DNA of 64,000 bases from Nitrosopumilaceae archaeon (GCA_965209085.1 OZ242376.1:960001-1024000), one strand, 5' to 3'. Shown: positions 1 through 9,686, numbered from the stretch's first letter. Translations and numbers: made by a program. The notes: a model not told the origin generated them from the letters alone.

Positions 1-122
1 GTATTCATGTTGTTGGCGGATATTAGTACATCATTACCAATTATGGTATCAGAACTGATAACAAAAACAACAGCTAGACCTGCAAACAATACGGTTAATG
101 ATAATACAAGTTTTATATTCAT
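1..122 (-). CDS. 5' end of a secreted or membrane protein, running off the window edge
   Basis: Manual translation from the ATG at 122 gives MNIKLVLSLTVLFAGLAVVFVISSDTIIGNDVLISANNMN, which is signal-peptide-like and open to position 1. Not in the ORF track. Confidence 0.55.
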   Translation of the reverse strand, partial: MNIKLVLSLTVLFAGLAVVFVISSDTIIGNDVLISANNMN

Positions 123-269
123 TAGTACAACCTCATTGCGATCTTACGATCATCTTCATCGATATACGTGTTATCATCATTCGGTCTAATTTTTCCAAAC
201 ATTACAGAGTCAGGGTTTAAGTTGTGATGCATGCCTGCAATATGACCAATTTCATGCGTCATGACAGTA

Positions 270-1667
270 GACCTCATGCATAATTAACTAAAAAATCAAT
301 TTTGGCAAATCGAAAGATCTATGATCTAGTATCATGTGAGCATAGCATGTGCAAATCAGACAAACGCATGATCTCTAAACTGGAAAAGACGATCTTAAAG
401 ATGGAAAAGACGATCCTAAAGATGGAAAAGAATAGCTCCAGGCAGGAATCAGAAATTCAACACTACAAAAAGATGGCACAGAGTAGCAATGATGACAAAA
501 GACAACATGTCGATAAATATTTGAACAAGGGAATTGGGAATGATGTTCATCTATATGAAATGACAGGAATGAACCGTGAAGAATTTGAATGGATTCTAGA
601 ACGGTTCAAAAAAACCGTAGAAAATTCATCAGAGATTCCCCGCTTTTCAGAATATGTGGACGATCCTGGAAACACCTGTATCCTTACCGTAAAGCAAGTT
701 TTGTTTATCGTATTGTGCCGCAAACGCAATAATCTCAAACAGGGAGCACTTGCGTTCATTGCAGACGTTGATCAGAGCACCATTAGCAGATATCTGACAT
801 TTTCTGATGAACTATTGATGGATATTCTTCCAACGGCTAAGAATATTGGTGCTGCAATACGGACAATACGTACAAGCGAGTTGTTTAAAAAATTCGTACC
901 CGGCAGAGGCGGCGGCGAGCTATATCTTGATGCCACGTTTGTACAGGTTCAAAGACCGCAGGAGAATCAAGAAACAGTATACTATTCTGGAAAGCGCAAA
1001 AGGCACGTCTACAGCATACAGATAACCTCCAACAAAGATGGAGTGGTAAATGACATTGGCGGTCCAGAAGAGGGCTCAGTACATGACATGGAGGTACTGC
1101 GGCGTAATCCGCCAAATTTTGGCAAATGGACCGATGGCATGAAAAACTCTGATACAAAAAAAGAGCGCCAAATTACACTCTACACCGACAAGGGATACTT
1201 GTCCGTGGAAAAAGACTATCCTGGAATTATCTCAAAGCAGCCATACAAAAAACCAAAGGGTAGGGGATTGACAGAGACAGAACGCGAATATAGCAAGAGG
1301 ATCAGTCGTAAGCGCATAAAAGTAGAGCATGCCATAAACCGGCTCAAATGGTTTCGCAGAATGAGTGCCGTATATGATGACACAATGGATGCATTTTATA
1401 CAGAAATCCAAGTGGTTACAGGACTGACCAATCTGCACATCATGTTAAAGGATCGCAAGTATATCGAACCGTTGGAAAAAATTTGCCCTCAAATCAAGTA
1501 GCACATCTTTGTGCACACGGTTACGCATAATATTCTGCTTTTTGTCATGCATATGATATTTTGATTTATTTTGTTGTCTGCTTGAAGGTTTTAGGCCATG
1601 TGTACTTTGATCATGACAGTGTCATAGTAGGAACCGTATGTCTTTGCAGTTGATTATGCATGAACTC
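270..1667 (+). mobile_element. IS5-family (ISL2/DDE_Tnp_4 type) insertion sequence, copy 1
   Basis: Imperfect TIRs gacctcatgcataattaac (270-288) and gttgattatgcatgaactc (1649-1667), with TA on both flanks (268-269, 1668-1669). Encloses a transposase. Confidence 0.9.
302..1501 (+). CDS. IS5/ISL2-type DDE transposase (399 aa, TTG start)
   Basis: HTH (VDQSTISRY), LDAT, YYSGKRKRH, DKGY and RIKVEHAINRLK motifs; N-terminal coiled coil. Confidence 0.9.
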   Translation: MANRKIYDLVSCEHSMCKSDKRMISKLEKTILKMEKTILKMEKNSSRQESEIQHYKKMAQSSNDDKRQHVDKYLNKGIGNDVHLYEMTGMNREEFEWILERFKKTVENSSEIPRFSEYVDDPGNTCILTVKQVLFIVLCRKRNNLKQGALAFIADVDQSTISRYLTFSDELLMDILPTAKNIGAAIRTIRTSELFKKFVPGRGGGELYLDATFVQVQRPQENQETVYYSGKRKRHVYSIQITSNKDGVVNDIGGPEEGSVHDMEVLRRNPPNFGKWTDGMKNSDTKKERQITLYTDKGYLSVEKDYPGIISKQPYKKPKGRGLTETEREYSKRISRKRIKVEHAINRLKWFRRMSAVYDDTMDAFYTEIQVVTGLTNLHIMLKDRKYIEPLEKICPQIK

Positions 1668-2015
1668 TAGTATCATAATGATGTACATTCAAATTACCTC
1701 TACTCACATCCCCAAAAACAAACATATTGTTTATTTCCATATACGTTCCGCCAACTGTAAACTGCCGCTGTACAGTATTAACAGAAGATACAACCCGTGC
1801 CAAGGTATTATCATTTAACATTGGAGACATTTTAACATTAATATTATTAGAGTTCATGCATAATCAACTGTAAAGACATACGGTTCCTACTATGACACTG
1901 TCATGATCAAAGTACACATGGCCTAAAACCTTCAAGCAGACAACAAAATAAATCAAAATGTCATATGCATGACAAAAAACAGAATATTATGCGTGACCGT
2001 ATGCGCAAAGATGTG

Positions 2016-3170
2016 CTACTTGATTTGAGGGCAGACTTTTTCCAACGGTTCGATATACTTGCGATCCTTTAACATGATGTGCAGATTGGTCAGTCCTGTA
2101 ACCACTTGGATTTCTGTATAAAATGCATCCATTGTGTCATCATATACGGCACTCATTCTGCGAAACCATTTGAGCCGGTTTATGGCATGCTCTACTTTTA
2201 TGCGCTTACGACTGATCCTCTTGCTATATTCGCGTTCTGTCTCTGTCAATCCCCTACCCTTTGGTTTTTTGTATGGCTGCTTTGAGATAATTCCAGGATA
2301 GTCTTTTTCCACGGACAAGTATCCCTTGTCGGTGTAGAGTGTAATTTGGCGCTCTTTTTTTGTATCAGAGTTTTTCATGCCATCGGTCCATTTGCCAAAA
2401 TTTGGCGGATTACGCCGCAGTACCTCCATGTCATGTACTGAGCCCTCTTCTGGACCGCCAATGTCATTTACCACTCCATCTTTGTTGGAGGTTATCTGTA
2501 TGCTGTAGACGTGCCTTTTGCGCTTTCCAGAATAGTATACTGTTTCTTGATTCTCCTGCGGTCTTTGAACCTGTACAAACGTGGCATCAAGATATAGCTC
2601 GCCGCCGCCTCTGCCGGGTACGAATTTTTTAAACAACTCGCTTGTACGTATTGTCCGTATTGCAACACCAATATTCTTAGCCGTTGGAAGAATATCCATC
2701 AATAGTTCATCAGAAAAGGTCAGATATCTGCTAATGGTGCTCTGATCAACGTCTGCAATGAACGCAAGTACTCCCTGTTTGAGATTATTGCGTTTGCGGC
2801 ACAATACGATAAACAAAACTTGCTTTACGGTAAGGATACAGGTGTTTCCAGGATCGTCGACATATTCTGAAAAGCGAGGGGTTTCTGGCGAGTCTTCAAC
2901 GGCATTTATGAACTGTTTCTGAATCCATTCAAATTCTTCACGATCCATTCCAGTCATCCCGTATAGATAATTGTCATCATCAACCATATGGTTCAAGTAT
3001 TCATAAGCAGATTGTTTTTCGGTCTTATCCCCATCTATCATTTTTTTGTAGCGTTGGTTTTCTGCTTCAAGTTTGGAGATTCTTTTTTCCAACTTGGAGA
3101 TTATACGTTTGTCTGTAGCACACATGCTGTGTGATTGTAATACTTGATCATAGATCTTTCGATTTGCCAA
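2016..3170 (-). CDS. IS5/ISL2-type DDE transposase (384 aa)
   Basis: C-terminal ~290 aa almost identical to 302..1501; N-terminal coiled-coil region diverged. Confidence 0.9.
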   Translation of the reverse strand: MANRKIYDQVLQSHSMCATDKRIISKLEKRISKLEAENQRYKKMIDGDKTEKQSAYEYLNHMVDDDNYLYGMTGMDREEFEWIQKQFINAVEDSPETPRFSEYVDDPGNTCILTVKQVLFIVLCRKRNNLKQGVLAFIADVDQSTISRYLTFSDELLMDILPTAKNIGVAIRTIRTSELFKKFVPGRGGGELYLDATFVQVQRPQENQETVYYSGKRKRHVYSIQITSNKDGVVNDIGGPEEGSVHDMEVLRRNPPNFGKWTDGMKNSDTKKERQITLYTDKGYLSVEKDYPGIISKQPYKKPKGRGLTETEREYSKRISRKRIKVEHAINRLKWFRRMSAVYDDTMDAFYTEIQVVTGLTNLHIMLKDRKYIEPLEKVCPQIK

Positions 3171-3203
3171 AATTGATTTTTTGGTTAATATGCATAACCA
3201 TAT

Positions 3204-4325
3204 GTGAAGGGAGATTCTAAGACCACAGATGGTTGTAAGAATGTCAAACGATCCGTATCACCGAAACGTAAATCATCTAAAAAAGATCCAAATGCAAACA
3301 AACAGATTACCACATATTCTGGGAAGAATATGTTTGTTGGAATGGACGTTCACAAGAAATTTCTTCAAGTTGCAATGATGGATAAAAAAGCCAAAGTGAT
3401 TTTTAATGAGAGGATTGAAAATGAAAACAAGTCCATCAGATGATTCTTCAGATCAAGCGTACCTGAAAATGCAAAAATCGTAATGGAATCTTCGTCCGTA
3501 TGGTACGGATTATATCGATACATGACAGATAAAATGGGTTATAATGTCGTATTGTCAAATCCATGGGCGACAAAAATCATCGCCGCATCCAAGAAAAAGA
3601 CCGACAAGAGGGATGCTGTAACACTTGCAGACCTATTACGGTGCGGATACATATCCCTCTGTCATGTCTCAAACAAGGACATAGTGGAACAACGGCAACT
3701 TGTACGATATCGCGACAGTCTTGTCAAGACAAGGACAACTCTAAAAAACAAAATACATGGAATTTTGTTACAGGGAGGGATAAAGATCTTTGGAGCAACA
3801 TTTACGCTTACATACAATAGAAAACTGCGTTCTCTAAAGGATTACCGTATAAACGGATATTTGGATTCTATTGGATTCGTTAATACAAAAATTGCGGATT
3901 CAAACATAAAGGTACACAACGCATCCTGTTCAAACAAGGATGCAATGTTACTCAAGACAATACCTGGCATAGGTGATTTTATTTCATTGATACTGGCAGC
4001 AGAGATTGATGGAGTTGAGAGGTTTTCTGAACCAAAACAACTCAAATCATATGCGAGTCTTGCCCCATCGGTTCGCAATTCAGCAGATGTGGTCCATCAT
4101 GGACATATAACAAAAAGAGGCAGCAGGATGATGCGGTGGGCACTGGTGGAAGCTGTTACCACCCATGTCCGATTTGCATCAGAGAGTAACATTTCTGAAT
4201 TTTACCGGCGTCTTGCAATAAAGAGAGGATCGTCCAAGGCCAAAGTTGCAGCAGCGGCCAAGATGCTGGATATCATATTTCGTATGCTAAAGGATAGGAG
4301 TGAATTTGAAATACATCATCGTTAA
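3204..4325 (+). pseudogene. IS110 DEDD recombinase with an in-frame TGA at 3441-3443
   Basis: ORFs 3204..3443 and 3483..4325 share a frame (…KSIR*FFRSSVPENAKIVME…). Catalytic D (GMDVHK), E (MESS) and D/D (KTDKRDA); C-terminal TIPGIG…LAPSVRNSA…ITKRG motif. Confidence 0.88.
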
Positions 4326-4500
4326 AGCAACAAACCGCGAGTTAGAGTTTGGGGATGTTACCCCGTTGCATAACTGCGGTAAGCTTTAACATGTGGACGA
4401 AGATGGTTGTGGGATTAAATCCCGAATGGATAGATGTCTTTTTACCTTTTGACTGGAAACAAACACATAGCGAAAGCCATACCGCATGACACAAAAAAGC
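4326..4500 (+). ncRNA. Predicted IS110 bridge/seek RNA
   Basis: Two stem / internal-loop / hairpin units (4334-4380 and ~4395-4439) whose loop sequences match the target site and the donor junction. Transcript boundaries are not known. Confidence 0.75.
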
Positions 4501-4538
4501 AAGAAACCTTTAAAAAGTATTCACATGGATAAACTCTA

Positions 4539-5285
4539 ATGCAACAACTGTCATACGATGAACTCGTAGATTATCTTGAAGATTCACCACGTTTACTACC
4601 AATACTGGGCTTGAAAAGAGTCCCGTCAAGGTCAACGTTGCAAGTAGCATCTACTAGAATTGATAAGCATTTCATCACATGGATGATAAATTCTGCAGGC
4701 AGACCTGGAATGAAAGGTACGTGGTACGGGGATTCTACAGGAATTGCAATAAACGGGCATAACACATGGCTTTATGCAATAAACGGGCATAACACATGGC
4801 TTTATGCAAAAAATGGATCAAGGTCAAGACTGGATTATCGCAAATTGCATATTGTAACTGCTGAAAACGGCATAATCATATCATAGGATATTACCCATGC
4901 ACGACGCCATGATGCGCCAATATTTGAGCAAATATGTGACACACTGCCGCACGGTTCCGGTCATGTGATGCTTGATGCAGCATATCTTTCATGCAACATG
5001 TGCACGCTCATAGAAAAGATTGGACGAATTCCTGTAATAATGTCAAGAAAAGGTGTTCGTGTACGTGGATTTGACGCAATGGGAAAGATGCTTCGATGGC
5101 ATCGTGATAATCCTGATGAATTTCTATCCATATACCACAAACGCAGCAACGTAGAGGCCACGTTTTCATCCATGAAGAAAAGGTTTTCATCCACTCCGAG
5201 TACCCGCAAATTTGCAACACAGAAAATTGAATTGGGCTTCTTTGTCTTGTGCCATAATATTCACATTCTAGCTGCCGCAGTCTAG
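4539..5285 (+). pseudogene. 5'-truncated IS4/IS5-superfamily (DDE_Tnp_1) transposase
   Basis: GLKRVPSRSTL, GDSTG, LDAAY and YHKRSNVEATFSSMK (Y-R-E-K) motifs. In-frame TAG at 4884-4886 and a 30-bp tandem duplication (~4745-4804). Probable right end …catggacagagcc at 5459. Confidence 0.8.
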
Positions 5286-5381
5286 ATTCTGACACTTTGT
5301 GTCAGATATGATCCTAGCGTATGCTATACTCTAAAACCCAATATTTGCAATACTGACAAGATGAGCAGGGCTTGATGATGA

Positions 5382-5454
5382 TGAATTGGTGAACATGTTA
5401 TATAATTTTGAATGAATTTGATCGGATTTTATAAAAAATGCTCATTCATGGACA
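5382..5454. repeat. ~73-bp IS-end sequence, repeated inverted at 35256-35329
   Basis: tgaattggtg…ataaaaaatgctcattcatggaca is the near-exact reverse complement of tgtccatgaatgagcatttttt…accaattca. Confidence 0.85.
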
Positions 5455-5515
5455 GAGCCTGTTCACCCCCAAGGGTTATAACGGGGTTAACAACGTTGGA
5501 AAAACTGTAAGAGAA

Positions 5516-6508
5516 ATGGGTCATAGAAGACATAGTCAACCACGTAGAGGCAGCCTTGCATATCTTCCTAGAGGACGTGCCAAGAGCATGGAGGCACGCA
5601 TTAGGGCATGGCCAAGTCCTGTATCAGAGGAGCCTCACATGTTGGCACATGTTGGATTCAAGGCAGGCTGCATACAGGTTGTTAGCATAGATGATAGGGA
5701 AAAAACACCAAACCATGGAAAACAGCTTGTAAGTTTGGGTACGGTTTTGGTAACGCCGCCTGTTACCATAGTCGGATTAAGGGGATACTCAAAGGATGCA
5801 AACGGTTTGCATGCCACTTTTGACGTTTACGCAAAAGATATGCCAAAAGACATTGCAAAACACATTTCTTTAAAAAATAACGGAGATGCTGCAGAATCTG
5901 CAAAAAAGAGACTCGGCAACATACACAGCATATTTGCCATTGTTGCAATATCTCCCAGCGATGCAGGATTGGAGCAGAAAAAACCGTACATATTTGAGAC
6001 TCCCATTAACGGAGGCGATATTGCAAAACAGTTTGACTATGTGCGTGAAATGCTCGGAAGACATATTCGGATAAGCGACGTATTTGAAACAGGTCAGGAA
6101 GTTGACACGGCTGCAATTACAAAAGGCAAAGGATGGCAAAGTGTCATAACCAGATACGGGGCAAAAAGAAAACAGCATAAATCAAGAAAAACTGTAAGAG
6201 AAATAGGAAGTTTGGGACCCATATCGCCCCAGTATGTAATGTATACTGTACCTAGGGCAGGCCAGATGGGATTTCATCAAAGAATAGAATACAACAAACG
6301 CATACTAGCAATGGACAGCTCAGAAGGCAGTAAATCGAAAATAAATCCGGCAGGAGGATACAAACACTTTGGATTTGTAAAGGGCGATTATGTAATACTA
6401 AAAGGATCCGTTCCTGGCACATACAGACGTATGATAAAAATGCGCACTCAGATACGCAGCGCTCCGCCCAAAGTATTAAAACCGAACATATTGGAGATTG
6501 TGGTATGA
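5516..6508 (+). CDS. rpl3: 50S ribosomal protein L3 (uL3)
   Basis: MGHRRHSQPRRGSLAYLPR N-terminus; start moved from 5438 to the ATG at 5516. Confidence 0.96.
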   Translation: MGHRRHSQPRRGSLAYLPRGRAKSMEARIRAWPSPVSEEPHMLAHVGFKAGCIQVVSIDDREKTPNHGKQLVSLGTVLVTPPVTIVGLRGYSKDANGLHATFDVYAKDMPKDIAKHISLKNNGDAAESAKKRLGNIHSIFAIVAISPSDAGLEQKKPYIFETPINGGDIAKQFDYVREMLGRHIRISDVFETGQEVDTAAITKGKGWQSVITRYGAKRKQHKSRKTVREIGSLGPISPQYVMYTVPRAGQMGFHQRIEYNKRILAMDSSEGSKSKINPAGGYKHFGFVKGDYVILKGSVPGTYRRMIKMRTQIRSAPPKVLKPNILEIVV

Positions 6509-7317
6509 CCGACGTATATTCCATCACAGGGGAAAAGATCAAAACCGTACAGCTGCCTTTTGTCTTTAACACGCCTTTCCGTCACGATCTCATACACCGA
6601 ATATACGTAATACAAAATACGCATTCATTTCAACCAAAAGGAACGCATCCGACAGCGGGTATGGACGTTTCTGCAGATTCGTTGGATCCTCCAACAGGTC
6701 ACGGTCAGTCAAGGGTTGCAAGAATAAGAGCCGGCGGTGCCGGAGGCCGAGGCGGACAGGGAGGCGAGGTTGCATCCACCAGGGGTGGAAGACAGGCACA
6801 CCCCCCAAATGTGGAAAGAGTAATCCATAAAAAATCAAACAAAAAAGAACGCATGGTGGCACTGTGCTCTGCAATTGCCGCAACCGGCTCAAAGGAGAGA
6901 ATAACGCGCCGCAATCATTTCATCGGAAAATTTTCACAATTTCCAATCATAGTTGAGGATAAAATGGAGTCAATCTCCAAAACAAGCGAGGTTGTCGCAT
7001 TAATGAAATCCCTTGGAATATCCGAAGATGCAGATCGTCTCCAATACCGCAAAGTCAGAACCGGCAAGGCAGCTCTTCGCGGCAGGACAAAGAGAACAGG
7101 AGCTAGCATTTTACTTGTTGCAAAAGATTCAACAAATCTTGTACTCGCATCAGGCAGTATGCGCGGCATAGAGGCAAGGGATGCCTCAAATCTTAGTGTG
7201 CTTGATTTGGCCCCTGGCGGTGAGCCGGCAAGATTAGCGGTATATTCTGAATCAGCAATTGTTGAGCTTGGCAAGATACGCTCAGTACACTTGGAGGTAA
7301 TGGCGAGGGTACAATGA
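6505..7317 (+). CDS. rpl4: 50S ribosomal protein L4 (uL4)
   Basis: GGRQAHPP and LDLAPGG motifs; operon order. Confidence 0.96.
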   Translation: MTDVYSITGEKIKTVQLPFVFNTPFRHDLIHRIYVIQNTHSFQPKGTHPTAGMDVSADSLDPPTGHGQSRVARIRAGGAGGRGGQGGEVASTRGGRQAHPPNVERVIHKKSNKKERMVALCSAIAATGSKERITRRNHFIGKFSQFPIIVEDKMESISKTSEVVALMKSLGISEDADRLQYRKVRTGKAALRGRTKRTGASILLVAKDSTNLVLASGSMRGIEARDASNLSVLDLAPGGEPARLAVYSESAIVELGKIRSVHLEVMARVQ

Positions 7318-7580
7318 ACATAGAGGAGGCAACAAAAATAGTGGAAATGCCATACAATACTGAAAAAACGTTTGCAATGGTTGAAAGCGAGGGTAAAATA
7401 TGCTTCATAGTGGAAAGATCGGCCCCAAAACCGTCCATTATTGACGCAGTAGAGGTCTTGTACGGGATTCGTCCAGTTAGTGTCAATACGGCACGTACGA
7501 TATACGGCAAAAAAGCGTTTGTAAAATTTGCCACCACCGAAAAGGCAAGGGATTTGGCAACAAAAATAGGAATGCTATAA
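7314..7580 (+). CDS. rpl23: 50S ribosomal protein L23 (uL23)
   Basis: TEK…VNT…GKKAFVKF motifs. Confidence 0.95.
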   Translation: MNIEEATKIVEMPYNTEKTFAMVESEGKICFIVERSAPKPSIIDAVEVLYGIRPVSVNTARTIYGKKAFVKFATTEKARDLATKIGML

Positions 7581-7622
7581 TATGTCTAAAAAACATTCCA
7601 AAACAACAGAGGATAATGAATA

Positions 7623-8018
7623 ATGGTTAAAAAATTCGACTTTAGAGGCATGCAGCTAGAAGAGCTCCAGTCGATGCCAAACGAGGACATGTTTAACATT
7701 TTAAACTCCCGCCAGCGCCGTTCACTAAAACGTGGCATTACCGATGGCAAACGCAAGCTCATAAAAGAGATCAAAGCTCTCAAAGCTGGCGATCTTAAAA
7801 ATCCAATAAAAACGCATTTACGGGATCTTATCATTTTACCCCACATGGTAGGAGTGGATGTCAGCGTGTTTTCTGGCAAAGAATTCAAACCGGTCAGCAT
7901 TACTACTCAGATGATAGGTCATTATGTCGGAGAGTATGTAATTACAAACAAAAAAGTGTCTCATGGGGCACCGGGAGTAGGCGCTTCAAGATCTAGCCTA
8001 TATGTGCCATTAAAGTGA
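7623..8018 (+). CDS. rps19: 30S ribosomal protein S19 (uS19)
   Basis: KTHLRDLIILP, MIGHYVGE and GASRSSLYVPLK motifs. Confidence 0.97.
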   Translation: MVKKFDFRGMQLEELQSMPNEDMFNILNSRQRRSLKRGITDGKRKLIKEIKALKAGDLKNPIKTHLRDLIILPHMVGVDVSVFSGKEFKPVSITTQMIGHYVGEYVITNKKVSHGAPGVGASRSSLYVPLK

Positions 8019-8023
8019 TTATT

Positions 8024-8482
8024 ATGCCAAACTATGATTACGCTTTTCAAAATTACGACCCGGTACGTCATGTACGCGCATCAATGCGTGAAAAACAAAT
8101 TTCCCACAAACATGCGCGTGAAATTGCAAAAAGCATAATGGGTCTGAGTATTGAAAAAGCAAAAGACTATCTAAACGACGTTATCGTCAAAAAACGCGCC
8201 ATACCTTTCCGCAGATATAAAACACAGGTCGGGCACAGATCGGATCCTGGAATGATGGCCGGAAGATATCCGGAAAAATCAGCGGGGGAATTTATAAAAC
8301 TGTTGGATAATTTAGAGGCAAATGCCGAATACAAAGGACTTGATCCGGACAGACTTCGTATAATAAATGCCACAGTACACAAAGGTATGATAATAAAGAG
8401 ATTTACTCCAAGGGCAATGGGAAGAACGTCTGCAAAAAACAACGTGTTGACACATGTAGAACTTGTGGCAGTGGAGCGATAA
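8024..8482 (+). CDS. rpl22: 50S ribosomal protein L22 (uL22)
   Basis: GRYPEK and PRAMGR motifs; likely ATG at 8024. Confidence 0.96.
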   Translation: MPNYDYAFQNYDPVRHVRASMREKQISHKHAREIAKSIMGLSIEKAKDYLNDVIVKKRAIPFRRYKTQVGHRSDPGMMAGRYPEKSAGEFIKLLDNLEANAEYKGLDPDRLRIINATVHKGMIIKRFTPRAMGRTSAKNNVLTHVELVAVER

Positions 8483-8485
8483 AAA

Positions 8486-9223
8486 ATGTCCGCAATGAAA
8501 AACATCATGAAAAACAGATATCAGACAATGCTGTTGCGCGATTACCTGCGTGGTGCCATAAAAAACGCAGGATTCTCCCATGCGGATATTTCAAAGACGC
8601 CTACGGGTACCAAAGTTGCACTGCATGTCACACGGCCGGGCATCGTCATAGGAAGAAAGGGCACTGGAATTCGCGAACTGACTGAAAAAGTGGCAAACGA
8701 CTTTAATTTTAAAAATCCCCAGATTACTGTAGTGGAGATTACAAAACCGGATCAATCTCCAAGCGTCATGTGCAACCGTATGGCATCACATTTGGAACGC
8801 GGTACGGCTTTTCGCAGGGCAACAATGTGGACCATGCAGCAGATAATGGACAGCGGGGCTATGGGTGTGCAAATAACCATATCCGGCAAGCTTAGGGGCG
8901 ATAGATCTGCATTTGAAAAACACACCGCAGGCATACTTCCAAGGGCGGGCCATCATGCAACAGTTATCGTAGATGAGGATATTGCACATGTAAAGACACC
9001 CATGGGTCTTATCGGCATACGCATTAGAATCGCCAAAAAAGAAAAACTTATTCCAGAATTTGAGATGAAAAAAACCAAAAAGAAAGATGTAGAGGTACAA
9101 AAACCAAAGACGGATGTAAAAGAGATTACAGACCCGTCCCAAAAACTGGATGTAAAATCCAGCATTACTAAAGAGCAACAGGTGGCAAAGGATGCGGCAC
9201 TAATCAATGGAGCAGATGCATAA
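8486..9223 (+). CDS. rps3: 30S ribosomal protein S3 (uS3) with a charged C-terminal tail
   Basis: KH motif [17 protein letters not shown]. Confidence 0.97.
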   Translation: MSAMKNIMKNRYQTMLLRDYLRGAIKNAGFSHADISKTPTGTKVALHVTRPGIVIGRKGTGIRELTEKVANDFNFKNPQITVVEITKPDQSPSVMCNRMASHLERGTAFRRATMWTMQQIMDSGAMGVQITISGKLRGDRSAFEKHTAGILPRAGHHATVIVDEDIAHVKTPMGLIGIRIRIAKKEKLIPEFEMKKTKKKDVEVQKPKTDVKEITDPSQKLDVKSSITKEQQVAKDAALINGADA

Positions 9224-9225
9224 AT

Positions 9226-9429
9226 ATGGCAAAACTGCGTGCAAAGGCGATCAAAGCCATGAATTCTGAAGATATAAAATCAATGATACAAGATTTAAGG
9301 GCGGATTTAACAAAGATGAGAATGAGTTCTAAAAACGGCACACTGCGCAAAGATAGCGGCAAGATACGTCCTTTGCGCCGCAATATTGCCCGCCTGTTCA
9401 CAAAACTAACAGAGGTAGAAGCGCAATGA
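9226..9429 (+). CDS. rpl29: 50S ribosomal protein L29 (uL29)
   Basis: IRPLRRNIARLFT motif; operon position. Confidence 0.93.
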   Translation: MAKLRAKAIKAMNSEDIKSMIQDLRADLTKMRMSSKNGTLRKDSGKIRPLRRNIARLFTKLTEVEAQ

Positions 9430-9686
9430 TTACGCCAGAAAACCTGTATGCACACGAGCTGACAGGACTGCATGTCAGCGTATGCAAATCATGCAATCCG
9501 CAAATGCTCAATGTTTCAGGTACAATTGTACGCGAAAGCAAAAACATGTTTCACATTGCAACGCATTTGGGACAAAAAATGTATCCTAAAAGAGGTTCTG
9601 CATGGGAATTCGAATTGGGAGAATCAAAATGCATTCTAGACGGCGCACAAATTGCGTACAGGACGCATGAGAGGAGTGCAAAATGA
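9426..9686 (+). CDS. rnp1: Ribonuclease P protein subunit p29 (Rpp29/POP4)
   Basis: HELTGL…G.IV.ESKNM motif; conserved position between rpl29 and rps17. Confidence 0.88.
   Translation: MITPENLYAHELTGLHVSVCKSCNPQMLNVSGTIVRESKNMFHIATHLGQKMYPKRGSAWEFELGESKCILDGAQIAYRTHERSAK

Larger units (their letters stand above)
3196..4532 (+). mobile_element. IS110-family (IS1111-like) element
   Basis: Ends aa|ccatatgtgaa ... ttcacatggat|aa, with subterminal inverted repeat atgtgaa/ttcacat. Long 3' non-coding region. Removing the element restores the IS5 TIR. Confidence 0.88.
1850..4536 (-). mobile_element. IS5-family IS copy 2 (inverted), with its left TIR interrupted by IS110
   Basis: Right TIR gagttcatgcataatcaac at 1850, preceded by TA. 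The left TIR is split into ...ttaatatgcataa (to 3197) and actc (4533-4536), followed by TA. Net length 1352 bp versus 1398 bp for copy 1 is explained by a 15-aa shorter transposase plus a 1-nt indel. Confidence 0.88.

Noticed and set aside
7-189. Plus-strand 60-aa ORF
   Set aside because: It is the shadow of a better minus-strand signal-peptide ORF starting at 122.
3441-4886. In-frame TGA and TAG in transposases as recoding (Sec/Pyl or readthrough)
   Set aside because: They occur only in decaying IS genes, core genes use these codons as stops, and no recoding signals are visible.
5438-5515. N-terminal extensions given by the ORF track for uL3, uL24, uS14 and eL31
   Set aside because: These are longest-ORF artefacts; the conserved N-termini begin at downstream start codons.
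7580-7623. Absence of rpl2 between rpl23 and rps19
   Set aside because: From my recollection of Nitrosopumilus gene order, rpl2 normally lies elsewhere in this lineage, so this is not evidence of loss.
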